DNA of 64,000 bases. Source: Blastochloris sp. Lineage in GTDB: Bacteria; Verrucomicrobiota; Verrucomicrobiia; Methylacidiphilales; JAAUTS01. The stretch is from the NCBI GenBank assembly GCA_034440395.1, contig JAWXBW010000069.1, positions 2,798 through 66,797 of the forward strand, read 5' to 3'. The translations under genes were made by a program, and so were the position numbers. Below are positions 29,121 to 37,287 of this stretch, piece by piece. The notes beneath the pieces were generated by a model. It did no database searches, was not told the origin of the DNA, and worked only from the letters and a program-made list of their open reading frames with translations. Numbering within the stretch: the stretch's first letter is position 1; each line of letters starts with the position of its first letter.

Positions 29121-30470
29121 TTAAGTTAACTGATACTCATGCAACTTTCGGTGCAAGGTTCTTCGACTGATCCCCAAAAGCTTGGCTGCATCCGTCCGGC
29201 TCCCAGCACACTCTTCCAAGGCTCTCATGATTGACCCTTTTTCCATTTGTTGCAAATTCAAACTATGCCCCATAGGCAAATCACCCAAATTCACCACCTT
29301 CCTTAAGTTCGGCGGTAAATCATCCAGCATGATCTCTTGCCCCCGTGCCAAAACCACTCCATGCTCCACCGCCGTCTTTAGCTCCCGCACATTTCCAGGC
29401 CATCCGTAGTTTAATAATGCCCTTTCCGCCTCAATACTAAACCGTAATTCATTTTTTTTATTCTCCCTCCCGAACTCCTCTAAATACGTCTTAGCTAAGA
29501 GCGCTATATCCTCCTGCCTCTCCCTCAGCGGCGGTAACTCAATCTTCACCACATTTATCCGATAATACAAATCCTCCCGAAAATCTCCACTCTTCACCCG
29601 ATCCTCTAAATTCCTGTTCGTAGCCGAAATTAACCTCACATCCACCTCGATTTTCTTGTTACCACCAACTCTTTCAAAGGATCTCTCCCCCAAAACGCGT
29701 AATAATTTAACCTGAGTTGCCGCATCCACTTCCCCGATCTCGTCTAAAAAGATTGACCCCCCATCCGCCTGTTCGAACCTACCCACCCGCCTCTCCTGCG
29801 CTCCCGTAAAAGCTCCCTTCTCATGCCCGAATAACTCACTTTCAAATAACTGAGCCGAAATTGCCGCACAATGCACCGGGATAAATGGCTTTAACTTCCT
29901 TGCACTCAAGGAATGAATAGCCTGTGCCACCAATTCCTTGCCCGTCCCACTCTCTCCCTCAATCAAGACGCTGGCCCTTGAATCCGCCACCTGCCTGATT
30001 AAATCAAAAATCTGCACCATCTTAGCCGACCGACCGATCAGTTTTTCCAAACCAAATTTCTCATCCAACTGCTGTCTCAGCTGCCTATTCTCGTCCTCCA
30101 CCAGCCGCCCCTTCAAAGCCCTTAACAACAGCATTTCCAGCTTATCTATATTCACTGGTTTCGTCACATAGTCATAAGCTCCCCGGCGCATCGCCTCCAC
30201 CGCATTTTCCACTGAGCCATACGCCGTCATCATGACACAGATCGGTGCAGGTTGCAGACTGCGCGCTTTATCTAAAATCTTCATCCCATTATCTCCCGCT
30301 AAACGTAGATCCGTCAGAACCACATCCACTTTCTCCGACTCCATCATGTTAAAGGCTGAAGCTTCATCCGCCGCCACATAGATTTCAAAATGATCCTCCA
30401 TCGCACGTCGCAGCCCATCCCGCGTATGCTTCTCATCATCGACAATTAGAAGTATTGGTAAGTATTTCAT
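29121..30470 (-). CDS. sigma-54-dependent response regulator (NtrC family)
   Basis: Receiver domain (VVLTDLRLAG), AAA+ motifs GESGTGKE and ESELFGHEKGAFTGA, C-terminal Fis-type HTH. Confidence 0.9.
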   Translation of the reverse strand: MKYLPILLIVDDEKHTRDGLRRAMEDHFEIYVAADEASAFNMMESEKVDVVLTDLRLAGDNGMKILDKARSLQPAPICVMMTAYGSVENAVEAMRRGAYDYVTKPVNIDKLEMLLLRALKGRLVEDENRQLRQQLDEKFGLEKLIGRSAKMVQIFDLIRQVADSRASVLIEGESGTGKELVAQAIHSLSARKLKPFIPVHCAAISAQLFESELFGHEKGAFTGAQERRVGRFEQADGGSIFLDEIGEVDAATQVKLLRVLGERSFERVGGNKKIEVDVRLISATNRNLEDRVKSGDFREDLYYRINVVKIELPPLRERQEDIALLAKTYLEEFGRENKKNELRFSIEAERALLNYGWPGNVRELKTAVEHGVVLARGQEIMLDDLPPNLRKVVNLGDLPMGHSLNLQQMEKGSIMRALEECAGSRTDAAKLLGISRRTLHRKLHEYQLT

Positions 30471-30489
30471 TTTAATCTCCTTGCCTCAC

Positions 30490-31638
30490 TCAAACTCTCT
30501 CTTCCAACAACCGCACCTGCGGCTGCCCTAAAGGGAACCTTATCCGCACTGTCGTGCCCTGCTCAGGAAAACTCTCAATCTGTAACTCCGCCCCATGTTC
30601 CTGTAAAATCCTATGCACAATCATGAGTCCCAACCCTGATCCCCGCTGCTTCGTCGTATAATAAGGCTCTAACACACGGGGAATATCCTCCAATGAAATG
30701 CCTGACCCATTATCCTTAAATGTCACCACCACCGCCCCCATCACCTTCTCCACCGTAATTTTTAATATGCCCTTCTCGGTTAAGGCCTGCATTGCATTTC
30801 TAATAATGTTATAAAAAGCCTGCTTAATCTGTTCCGAATCCAACCTTAACAATGGCATCGGTTCCTCTACATCTAACTCCACTATAAGATTCCTGTCTAA
30901 AATTTCAGCCCTAAGAGTTTCTAAAATCTCCTGTAATATCTGCATCACCTGCACCTCACGCAATTCTGGTAAAGTCGGTCTCACCGCTTTTAAAAAACGA
31001 CTAATAATAACATCCAGCCGATCCATCTCATTACGAGCAATGCGAATCGACTCCTGTAAATGCCCCGCTTGAGCCTCCGGTATCCTCTTTAAATCCCGCT
31101 CCATTAATTGTAGATGAATGTTTAAACTATTGATCGGATTCCCCAACTCGTGCGCCACCCCCGCCGAGAGTAAGGTCAGTGCCTGAGACCGCTCCGACTC
31201 TATCGCCACCCTCGCATCTGTCCGCTGCTTCGTCACATCCCTAAAAATTGCCACAAACGCCGTGGTCGAACCATCCTTCTCCTGCATCGGTAATAGATAG
31301 AACTCCAAAGTGCGTGATTCAGGATAATGAATTTCCAACAACCGCCGCGACGTCTGTCCAGCAGCTAACAACGTCGCCCAATCCACATCCCGCACATATT
31401 TTGAAATAGGTGTTCCTGCTGGAATTTCTACGGGCAAAGGCAATAATTTTTGCACAGCTAGATTGGTATATTCCACCCTTCCTTCCCTGTCCAAGACCAC
31501 AATGGCATCCTGCAAACTATTAAAGATCGTCTCCAGAAAGCCGATTTCCCGGGCCAAGCGCACTAAGTACGTCTGCAACTCCCCTTGCCCTAAATGTTTC
31601 ATCCGCTGGAGTAACTTCTCAAGGAATGATGACTTCAT
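30490..31638 (-). CDS. cytoplasmic PAS-domain sensor histidine kinase (NtrB-like)
   Basis: No TM segment. PAS region, H-box GVAHELGNPINSL, N/G boxes IIRNAMQAL, DNGSGI, GSGLGL. Confidence 0.85.
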   Translation of the reverse strand: MKSSFLEKLLQRMKHLGQGELQTYLVRLAREIGFLETIFNSLQDAIVVLDREGRVEYTNLAVQKLLPLPVEIPAGTPISKYVRDVDWATLLAAGQTSRRLLEIHYPESRTLEFYLLPMQEKDGSTTAFVAIFRDVTKQRTDARVAIESERSQALTLLSAGVAHELGNPINSLNIHLQLMERDLKRIPEAQAGHLQESIRIARNEMDRLDVIISRFLKAVRPTLPELREVQVMQILQEILETLRAEILDRNLIVELDVEEPMPLLRLDSEQIKQAFYNIIRNAMQALTEKGILKITVEKVMGAVVVTFKDNGSGISLEDIPRVLEPYYTTKQRGSGLGLMIVHRILQEHGAELQIESFPEQGTTVRIRFPLGQPQVRLLEERV

Positions 31639-31816
31639 AGTGCCAAAATGTCACTAAAAGGAATAAAAGCAAGAACGTAAAAAGGGTAATCTTGTCGCTT
31701 TAAAGTTAAGTTCTTTAGAGCCATTTTCCATCAATGCCTAGGATAGTGCGCAAAAGCCAAGAACATCACAAAAAACTCTTCTGCTTAAGCCTGAGCAAAA
31801 CTCAACCCTCTTTTTC

Positions 31817-32908
31817 CTACTGCTGCTGCTTTTGGCGTGGCGTTTGATGCTGAGACTGGCTCTGTGATTGGCTCTGTGATTGGCTCTGTGATTGGCTCTG
31901 TGATTGCTGCTGTTTTTGGTATTCAATCTCTTTAGCTAAGTCTGTTTGCTGGTAAAAAATGTAGGTCTCAAAAATGGCTACACCAACATCACTAAGTTTG
32001 AGTTGAACGTGGTCTAGGTATTCATGCAGACCCATAGCGAAGACTTCATTCATGGTGGTGTAGTTGAGCTCAGCTAAAAGACGGCCTGAAAGCTTTTCAG
32101 CTTCATTACGAAAATAGCCTGGGTCGCTCCCGGTCATTTTCCGTAGAAAATGATCGAAGGTGCGCACGCAAAAGCGGAGGGAACGAGGGAAGGAATCTGA
32201 TAAAAGGAGAAACTCTGCTACTTTTTTTGGGGCAACACCTGAAACGTAGGTGTGCTGGTAAGCCTCATAAGCACTGGAGGATCGGAGGACGGCGGCGCAC
32301 TCAATCATGGTGTTGTTATCTTCCTCGGGTCCGCAGACGGCATCTTGAAGTGTTCGGTGTTTGACATCAAGGATACGACTAGTCATATCGGCACGCTCAA
32401 GGAAGCGACCCATCATCATGAATTCTAAATTGATGCCGTGAATGGTGGTGGCACTGGTTAGACCCTGAAGTTTGTAGGAGCTTTGCTTTATCTCGCGGTA
32501 GAAATCGTAGGGGCTTTCTTGCCAGAGTTTTTTGGTTTCTTTTGATCGGATGAAGAGGTAGAGGCGATTAACTTCTTCCCACATTTCTAGCGCTATCTGG
32601 TCACGCGCGGCGCGGGCATTATGCCGCGCTGAAATAATGCAGGAGAGGATGGAGTTAGGATTTTCCTCATTATAGGTTAAAAATTCTGTGACACTGTGAC
32701 TGTCAGACTTTTTGTAAAGGGAACGGAAGAGTTCGTCGTCACCTAGGGTATTTACCAGAGGTTCCCACTGTTCTTTGATTCGTTTGTCGTCGAGGGTTTT
32801 GTAGTCTAGGAGGGACTGCAGATTTACATCGACGATACGTGAGACATTTTCCGCACGTTCTAGGTAGCGGCTCATCCAGAAGAGAGAATTGGCAACGCGT
32901 GATAACAT
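31817..32908 (-). CDS. Alpha-E domain protein (DUF403) with C-terminal SQ-repeat tail
   Basis: Family-typical N-terminus MLSRVANSLFWMSRYLERAEN at Met16 of the track ORF. This places the ATG 1 nt after the stop of the upstream ATP-grasp gene. Confidence 0.8.
   Translation of the reverse strand: MLSRVANSLFWMSRYLERAENVSRIVDVNLQSLLDYKTLDDKRIKEQWEPLVNTLGDDELFRSLYKKSDSHSVTEFLTYNEENPNSILSCIISARHNARAARDQIALEMWEEVNRLYLFIRSKETKKLWQESPYDFYREIKQSSYKLQGLTSATTIHGINLEFMMMGRFLERADMTSRILDVKHRTLQDAVCGPEEDNNTMIECAAVLRSSSAYEAYQHTYVSGVAPKKVAEFLLLSDSFPRSLRFCVRTFDHFLRKMTGSDPGYFRNEAEKLSGRLLAELNYTTMNEVFAMGLHEYLDHVQLKLSDVGVAIFETYIFYQQTDLAKEIEYQKQQQSQSQSQSQSQSQSQSQSQHQTPRQKQQQ
31857..31904. repeat. perfect tandem repeat, 4 x 12 nt (TGGCTCTGTGAT)
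   Basis: Read directly from the sequence. It is in frame on the minus strand and encodes (SQ)n in the Alpha-E tail. Confidence 0.95.
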
Positions 32909-32909
32909 A

Positions 32910-34352
32910 TTATTCGTCTCCGTAAAGAACCCAAGTATCTTTGCTTCCGCCACCTTGGGATGAGTTAACGACGAGTGATCCTTTTTTTAAAGCTACACGC
33001 GTTAGGCCACCTGGCATGATGCGTATTTTATCTCCGTATAATATGTAAGGTCTAAAATCTATGTGGCGTCCTTCCATCTGACTGAGGTCCGAATAGGTCG
33101 GGTGGCGGGAGAGGGAAATAGTGGGCTGAGCAATGTAGTTACGTGGCTCTGCTTTAATTCTAGCTTGGAAGTCTTTAACTTCTGCCGCCGTTGCTTTAGG
33201 GCCGATTAACATGCCGTAACCACCTGCCTCATTGGCTGCTTTAACCACGAGTTTAGCGGTATTTTCCAGCATGTATTTTAAGTCTTCTTTTTCCGTAGCT
33301 AAGTAGGTGGGCACGTTAGGAATGATAGGGTCTTGGCCGAGGTAAAACTTGATCATGCGTGGCACAAAATAATACATGACCTTATCATCTGCCACGCCCG
33401 TGCCGATAGCGTTAGCCAAGCTGACATTGCCCGCACGGTAGGCGTTGACTAGACCTGGAATACCTAGGGCAGAGTCAGGACGGAAGACACAGGGATCAAG
33501 GAAGTCATCGTCGATCCGGCGGTAAATGACATCCACCTGTTCTAAACCTTTTGTTGTGCGCATGAAGACCTTAGAATCACGCACCACAAGGTCTCCACCT
33601 TCTACGATGTGAACACCCATTTCTTTAGCTAAGAAAGTATGCTCAAAATAGGCACTGTTGTAGATACCAGGGGTGAGGACAGCGATGGTGGGATTATCCT
33701 TACCATTGGGAGCGACGTAACGGAGGGTATTGAGGAGATCACTTGCGTAATTATCAACTGGGCGCACCCCAGCGCGTTCAAAGAGATTAGGAAAGGCTCG
33801 CCGCATAGCTTGGCGATTTTCGAGAACGTAGGAAACGCCTGAGGGGCAACGCCCATTATCTTCTAAAACTAAATATTGACCTTTATCGTCTCGGATTAAA
33901 TCTGTGCCGCAAATGTGAATATAAATATCACGCATGACTTTGCAGTTCATGAATTCAGGTCGGAAATGTTTAGCGGTAAGAACGTAGGAAGCTGGAATAA
34001 TACCCTCTTTTAAAATGCGTTGCTCATGGTAAATGTCGTGCAGAAACATGTTAAGAGCGGTGATCCGTTGCTCTAATCCACGTTGCAGATATTCCCACTC
34101 TTTATTCGGTATAATGCGCGGAACTAAATCGAAGGGAAAAATACGCTCAGTGCCTTCACTGTCCCCATAAACAGTAAACGTCACGCCCATGCGCATGAAA
34201 CTGAGATCCACGGCTTGACGTTTTTGGTCAAACTCGTTGACGCCTAATTGGTCAAAACGATTTTGCAGGCTTTTGTAATGAGGCCGAACCTGTCCTTCAG
34301 CCGTAAACATTTCATCAAAAAACTCTTCTGCCTGATATTTACTAAATAGCAT
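32910..34352 (-). CDS. circularly permuted ATP-grasp type 2 protein (DUF404/DUF407-like)
   Basis: 480 aa, immediately upstream of an Alpha-E gene (the canonical pairing). Blocks [18 protein letters not shown] and [14 protein letters not shown]. Confidence 0.7.
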   Translation of the reverse strand: MLFSKYQAEEFFDEMFTAEGQVRPHYKSLQNRFDQLGVNEFDQKRQAVDLSFMRMGVTFTVYGDSEGTERIFPFDLVPRIIPNKEWEYLQRGLEQRITALNMFLHDIYHEQRILKEGIIPASYVLTAKHFRPEFMNCKVMRDIYIHICGTDLIRDDKGQYLVLEDNGRCPSGVSYVLENRQAMRRAFPNLFERAGVRPVDNYASDLLNTLRYVAPNGKDNPTIAVLTPGIYNSAYFEHTFLAKEMGVHIVEGGDLVVRDSKVFMRTTKGLEQVDVIYRRIDDDFLDPCVFRPDSALGIPGLVNAYRAGNVSLANAIGTGVADDKVMYYFVPRMIKFYLGQDPIIPNVPTYLATEKEDLKYMLENTAKLVVKAANEAGGYGMLIGPKATAAEVKDFQARIKAEPRNYIAQPTISLSRHPTYSDLSQMEGRHIDFRPYILYGDKIRIMPGGLTRVALKKGSLVVNSSQGGGSKDTWVLYGDE

Positions 34353-34645
34353 ACACTAGTGAAAAGAAGCTTAAGCGATAAGACAAGAAAAATAGGAATC
34401 AAGCGCCACGAGTGCTACGAAGCGGAACGTAAGTGGAACTGCCCTCTGGAGAGTTAGCCCAAAAAGCGAGAGCTTGAGGGAAATGCTTAGAATCGGCCAG
34501 CCATGTCGACAGGAAAAGGATGCTGGTCGTCGTAGATTTTTTTAGAACCCGTTTTGGCTTGTGCGGCTTTGTCATACCTAAGCTTAAAGCAGGAACCGAG
34601 CCGACTTTGTCTCATGGACATAAATTATTAATTTATTTTTTATGC

Positions 34646-35425
34646 CTACGAATTTATTTCTTGGAGCCAGCTCTTTAACATAGCGGCATCTCGCAAAAAG
34701 GCCTCAGGCTGATCACCTTGCACAAATTCCAACAGTGCGTAACGCTCCCCTTCCACCAAGGCAGCTTGACGCAAGTAACCTAGCCACTGATCCTCACCTT
34801 CACTCAGAGGCAATCGTTGAAAGGAGTTCAGCGACCAATGATTTACGTGTAAATGAGTTAACCATGGGCGTATCGCCTCAAGGCTTTGCTTGTTAACCAA
34901 AGCGCTCTCCTGTGAGCAGACCTGCCATAAGGAGTGAAATGTAGGTTGCCCCACACTTTTCATCAACTCCACGGCCGAATCAGCGCAATCTGTTAAGGTT
35001 CCTGTATGATACTCCGTCAACACGCTTAAGCCTTCTTGTGCAGCTAAAACAGCAATGCGCCGGCACTCTTCGACCACCCATGAGCGAGACGAAACTTCAC
35101 ACTGCTTAGAGCCACAGATACCGGCCCAGACCCGAACGGACGGCGCCCCTAGAGCCAATGCTGTCTCCAGAACTTGATGAAAGGAAAGTCCCTCCCCCTC
35201 GCTGCTACCTACACGGTAATACGAACCATAAGACACCACCCGCAAGCCCGCATCCTGTGTCATACGAGCTACCTCTAAGGCCTTTTCTTTATCTCCATGA
35301 GGTACATGCACATCCCCTCCCCATTCAATCCCTTCAAGTCCTGCTTGTGAGACAAGATTAGTGATTTCCTGCGGTGCTAAATGACGGAAGGTAATAGAAA
35401 CTAAGCCTGAAAAAATCCTGCCCAT
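34646..35425 (-). CDS. sugar phosphate isomerase/epimerase (xylose isomerase-like TIM barrel)
   Basis: Family-like N-terminus MGRIFSGLVSITFR, so the start is set at Met21. The track ORF extends to 35485. Confidence 0.6.
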   Translation of the reverse strand: MGRIFSGLVSITFRHLAPQEITNLVSQAGLEGIEWGGDVHVPHGDKEKALEVARMTQDAGLRVVSYGSYYRVGSSEGEGLSFHQVLETALALGAPSVRVWAGICGSKQCEVSSRSWVVEECRRIAVLAAQEGLSVLTEYHTGTLTDCADSAVELMKSVGQPTFHSLWQVCSQESALVNKQSLEAIRPWLTHLHVNHWSLNSFQRLPLSEGEDQWLGYLRQAALVEGERYALLEFVQGDQPEAFLRDAAMLKSWLQEINS

Positions 35426-35524
35426 ACCTAATTTTAGCCAAATCCCTATCAACTTAGCAAGTAAGAGAAATTCCTCATTGTCCATCTACCAACTTTGCTC
35501 TTAGCTCATACGCCCCCTTCCTTC

Positions 35525-36427
35525 ATGAACAAAAGCAGTGCCACTGATCTGACCAGCCTCCAAAGCCTTAAAGCGGCTTGGGGTATCTTTGCTGAAATCA
35601 CGAAACTTCGTCTCACCCTACTCGTGCTTTTCTCCACCCTCATCGGCTACTTGTTTGGAGCCGACGCCTCGGCTGGCTCTTGGTTCAGACTGCTCAACCT
35701 CCTACTTGGCACCTACGCTGTCGCCTCAGGCGCCGCCGCTCTTAATCAACTTTTAGAAATTCAACCCGATACGCAAATGAAGCGCACTCAGGATCGTCCC
35801 CTGCCCACTCAACGCTGGGAAAAGCGTGACGCCCTAGCCCTAGGCTGTTTTCTTTCAGGCGGGGGTATTTCATATCTACTCATCAGCGTTAATTTTAACT
35901 CAGCCTTCCTCGCCGCTCTCACCCTTTTTATTTACATCGCAATCTATACACCCCTGAAAAAAGTCAGTCCTTGGAACACCCTCATCGGTGCCATCCCTGG
36001 CGCCATCCCCCCACTCATCGGCTGGTCTGCTGCGCGCAGCGATTGGACCTGGGATGCGACGGCTCTTTTTGGTATTCTCTTCTTTTGGCAAATGCCCCAC
36101 TTCCTCGCCATCGCGTGGATCTACCGAGAAGACTACGCCCGGGGCGGTTTTAAAATGCTGACCCTGACAGATCTCAATGGACGCAGCACCGCCTTAAAAA
36201 GCTGCTTCTATGCCACGCTCCTCATCCCCGTAAGCATCATTCCCTTTATTACTGGCTCCGCCTCTTGGCTCTACTTAGTCACCGCCTGTGTTTTTGGTGC
36301 ATCGTACCTAAGCTGTGCCGTCCGCTGCGTCCGTGATCCTAGCACCAAACACACCCGCACCCTCTTCCTTGCCTCCTTACTTTATCTGCCTTGTGTTCTA
36401 ATCATGCTAGTCGTGGCAAAAACTTAA
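35525..36427 (+). CDS. ctaB: protoheme IX farnesyltransferase (heme O synthase)
   Basis: UbiA-family polytopic protein with D-rich motifs (NQLLEIQPDTQMKRTQDRPL; YREDY). ATG at 35525 preferred over the TTG at 35495. Confidence 0.85.
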   Translation: MNKSSATDLTSLQSLKAAWGIFAEITKLRLTLLVLFSTLIGYLFGADASAGSWFRLLNLLLGTYAVASGAAALNQLLEIQPDTQMKRTQDRPLPTQRWEKRDALALGCFLSGGGISYLLISVNFNSAFLAALTLFIYIAIYTPLKKVSPWNTLIGAIPGAIPPLIGWSAARSDWTWDATALFGILFFWQMPHFLAIAWIYREDYARGGFKMLTLTDLNGRSTALKSCFYATLLIPVSIIPFITGSASWLYLVTACVFGASYLSCAVRCVRDPSTKHTRTLFLASLLYLPCVLIMLVVAKT

Positions 36428-36505
36428 ACCTCACCCGCCTCGCCTCACCTAAGGTAAATCATTTTCGCCTTTTCCTAACCAGCATCCGCACTTAGCCTAG
36501 CAGCC

Positions 36506-37282
36506 GTGCAACTTACTTTTCTCGGAACCGGAACATCCCAAGGCGTGCCCATGATCGGCTGTGCTTGCCCCGTCTGCCTTTCCCCCGACCCTAAAGATAA
36601 ACGTTTGCGCTCCTCGGTGTGGTTGCAAGATGATAACCTTTCTATCCTGATCGACACCACACCTGATCTCCGTATGCAAGCCCTCCGCGCAGGCATGACT
36701 CAGCTCGATGCCGTCATCTTGACCCACGCTCACAACGATCACCTCATTGGCTTCGATGACCTACGTCGCTTATGTGATAGCCGTTCCTCTCCCTTGCCCG
36801 TCCACTGTTCAAAGGACACCCATCAACGTCTCCTCACCGTCTTCTCCTACGCCTTTGAAAATACCCATATCAAAAATAACTACGTCCAAGCCATCGCCCA
36901 TGTTTTTGATAATCCCTTTACCATCGGCTCCCTCCGCGTCATCCCCGTCGAAGTCCCTCACGGTAAGACCTTAACCTATGGCTTTATCTTTGAAAAAAAC
37001 GGCCGCCGCCTCGCCGCCTACATTCCCGACTGCGCTGAAATCACAGATGCCGTGGCCGCCCAACTCCGTGACCTACCCATCCTCATCCTAGACGGTTTAC
37101 GTGATAAACTACACCCCACCCACCTCACCGTAGCCCAAGCCATCGAAGCTGGTCACCGAGTCAACGCAGGAGCCCTTTACCTCACCCACATCTCCCACGA
37201 CTTCTTTCACGACCAGCGCCAAGCACTTCTCCCAGCGAATGTCTTCTTGGCCTATGACGAGCTTGTGCTAAACTTGGACTAA
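36506..37282 (+). CDS. MBL-fold metallo-hydrolase (PhnP-like)
   Basis: LTFLGTGTSQGVP, a CxCxxC-like motif (GCACPVC), and the HxHxDH motif THAHNDH. Confidence 0.75.
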   Translation: MQLTFLGTGTSQGVPMIGCACPVCLSPDPKDKRLRSSVWLQDDNLSILIDTTPDLRMQALRAGMTQLDAVILTHAHNDHLIGFDDLRRLCDSRSSPLPVHCSKDTHQRLLTVFSYAFENTHIKNNYVQAIAHVFDNPFTIGSLRVIPVEVPHGKTLTYGFIFEKNGRRLAAYIPDCAEITDAVAAQLRDLPILILDGLRDKLHPTHLTVAQAIEAGHRVNAGALYLTHISHDFFHDQRQALLPANVFLAYDELVLNLD

Positions 37283-37287
37283 CTCTC

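Noticed and set aside
31738-31926. 62-aa ORF with an NHRANHRANHRA repeat.
   Set aside because: It is an alternative frame of the 12-nt tandem repeat that lies inside the 3' end of the Alpha-E gene. It has no independent coding evidence.
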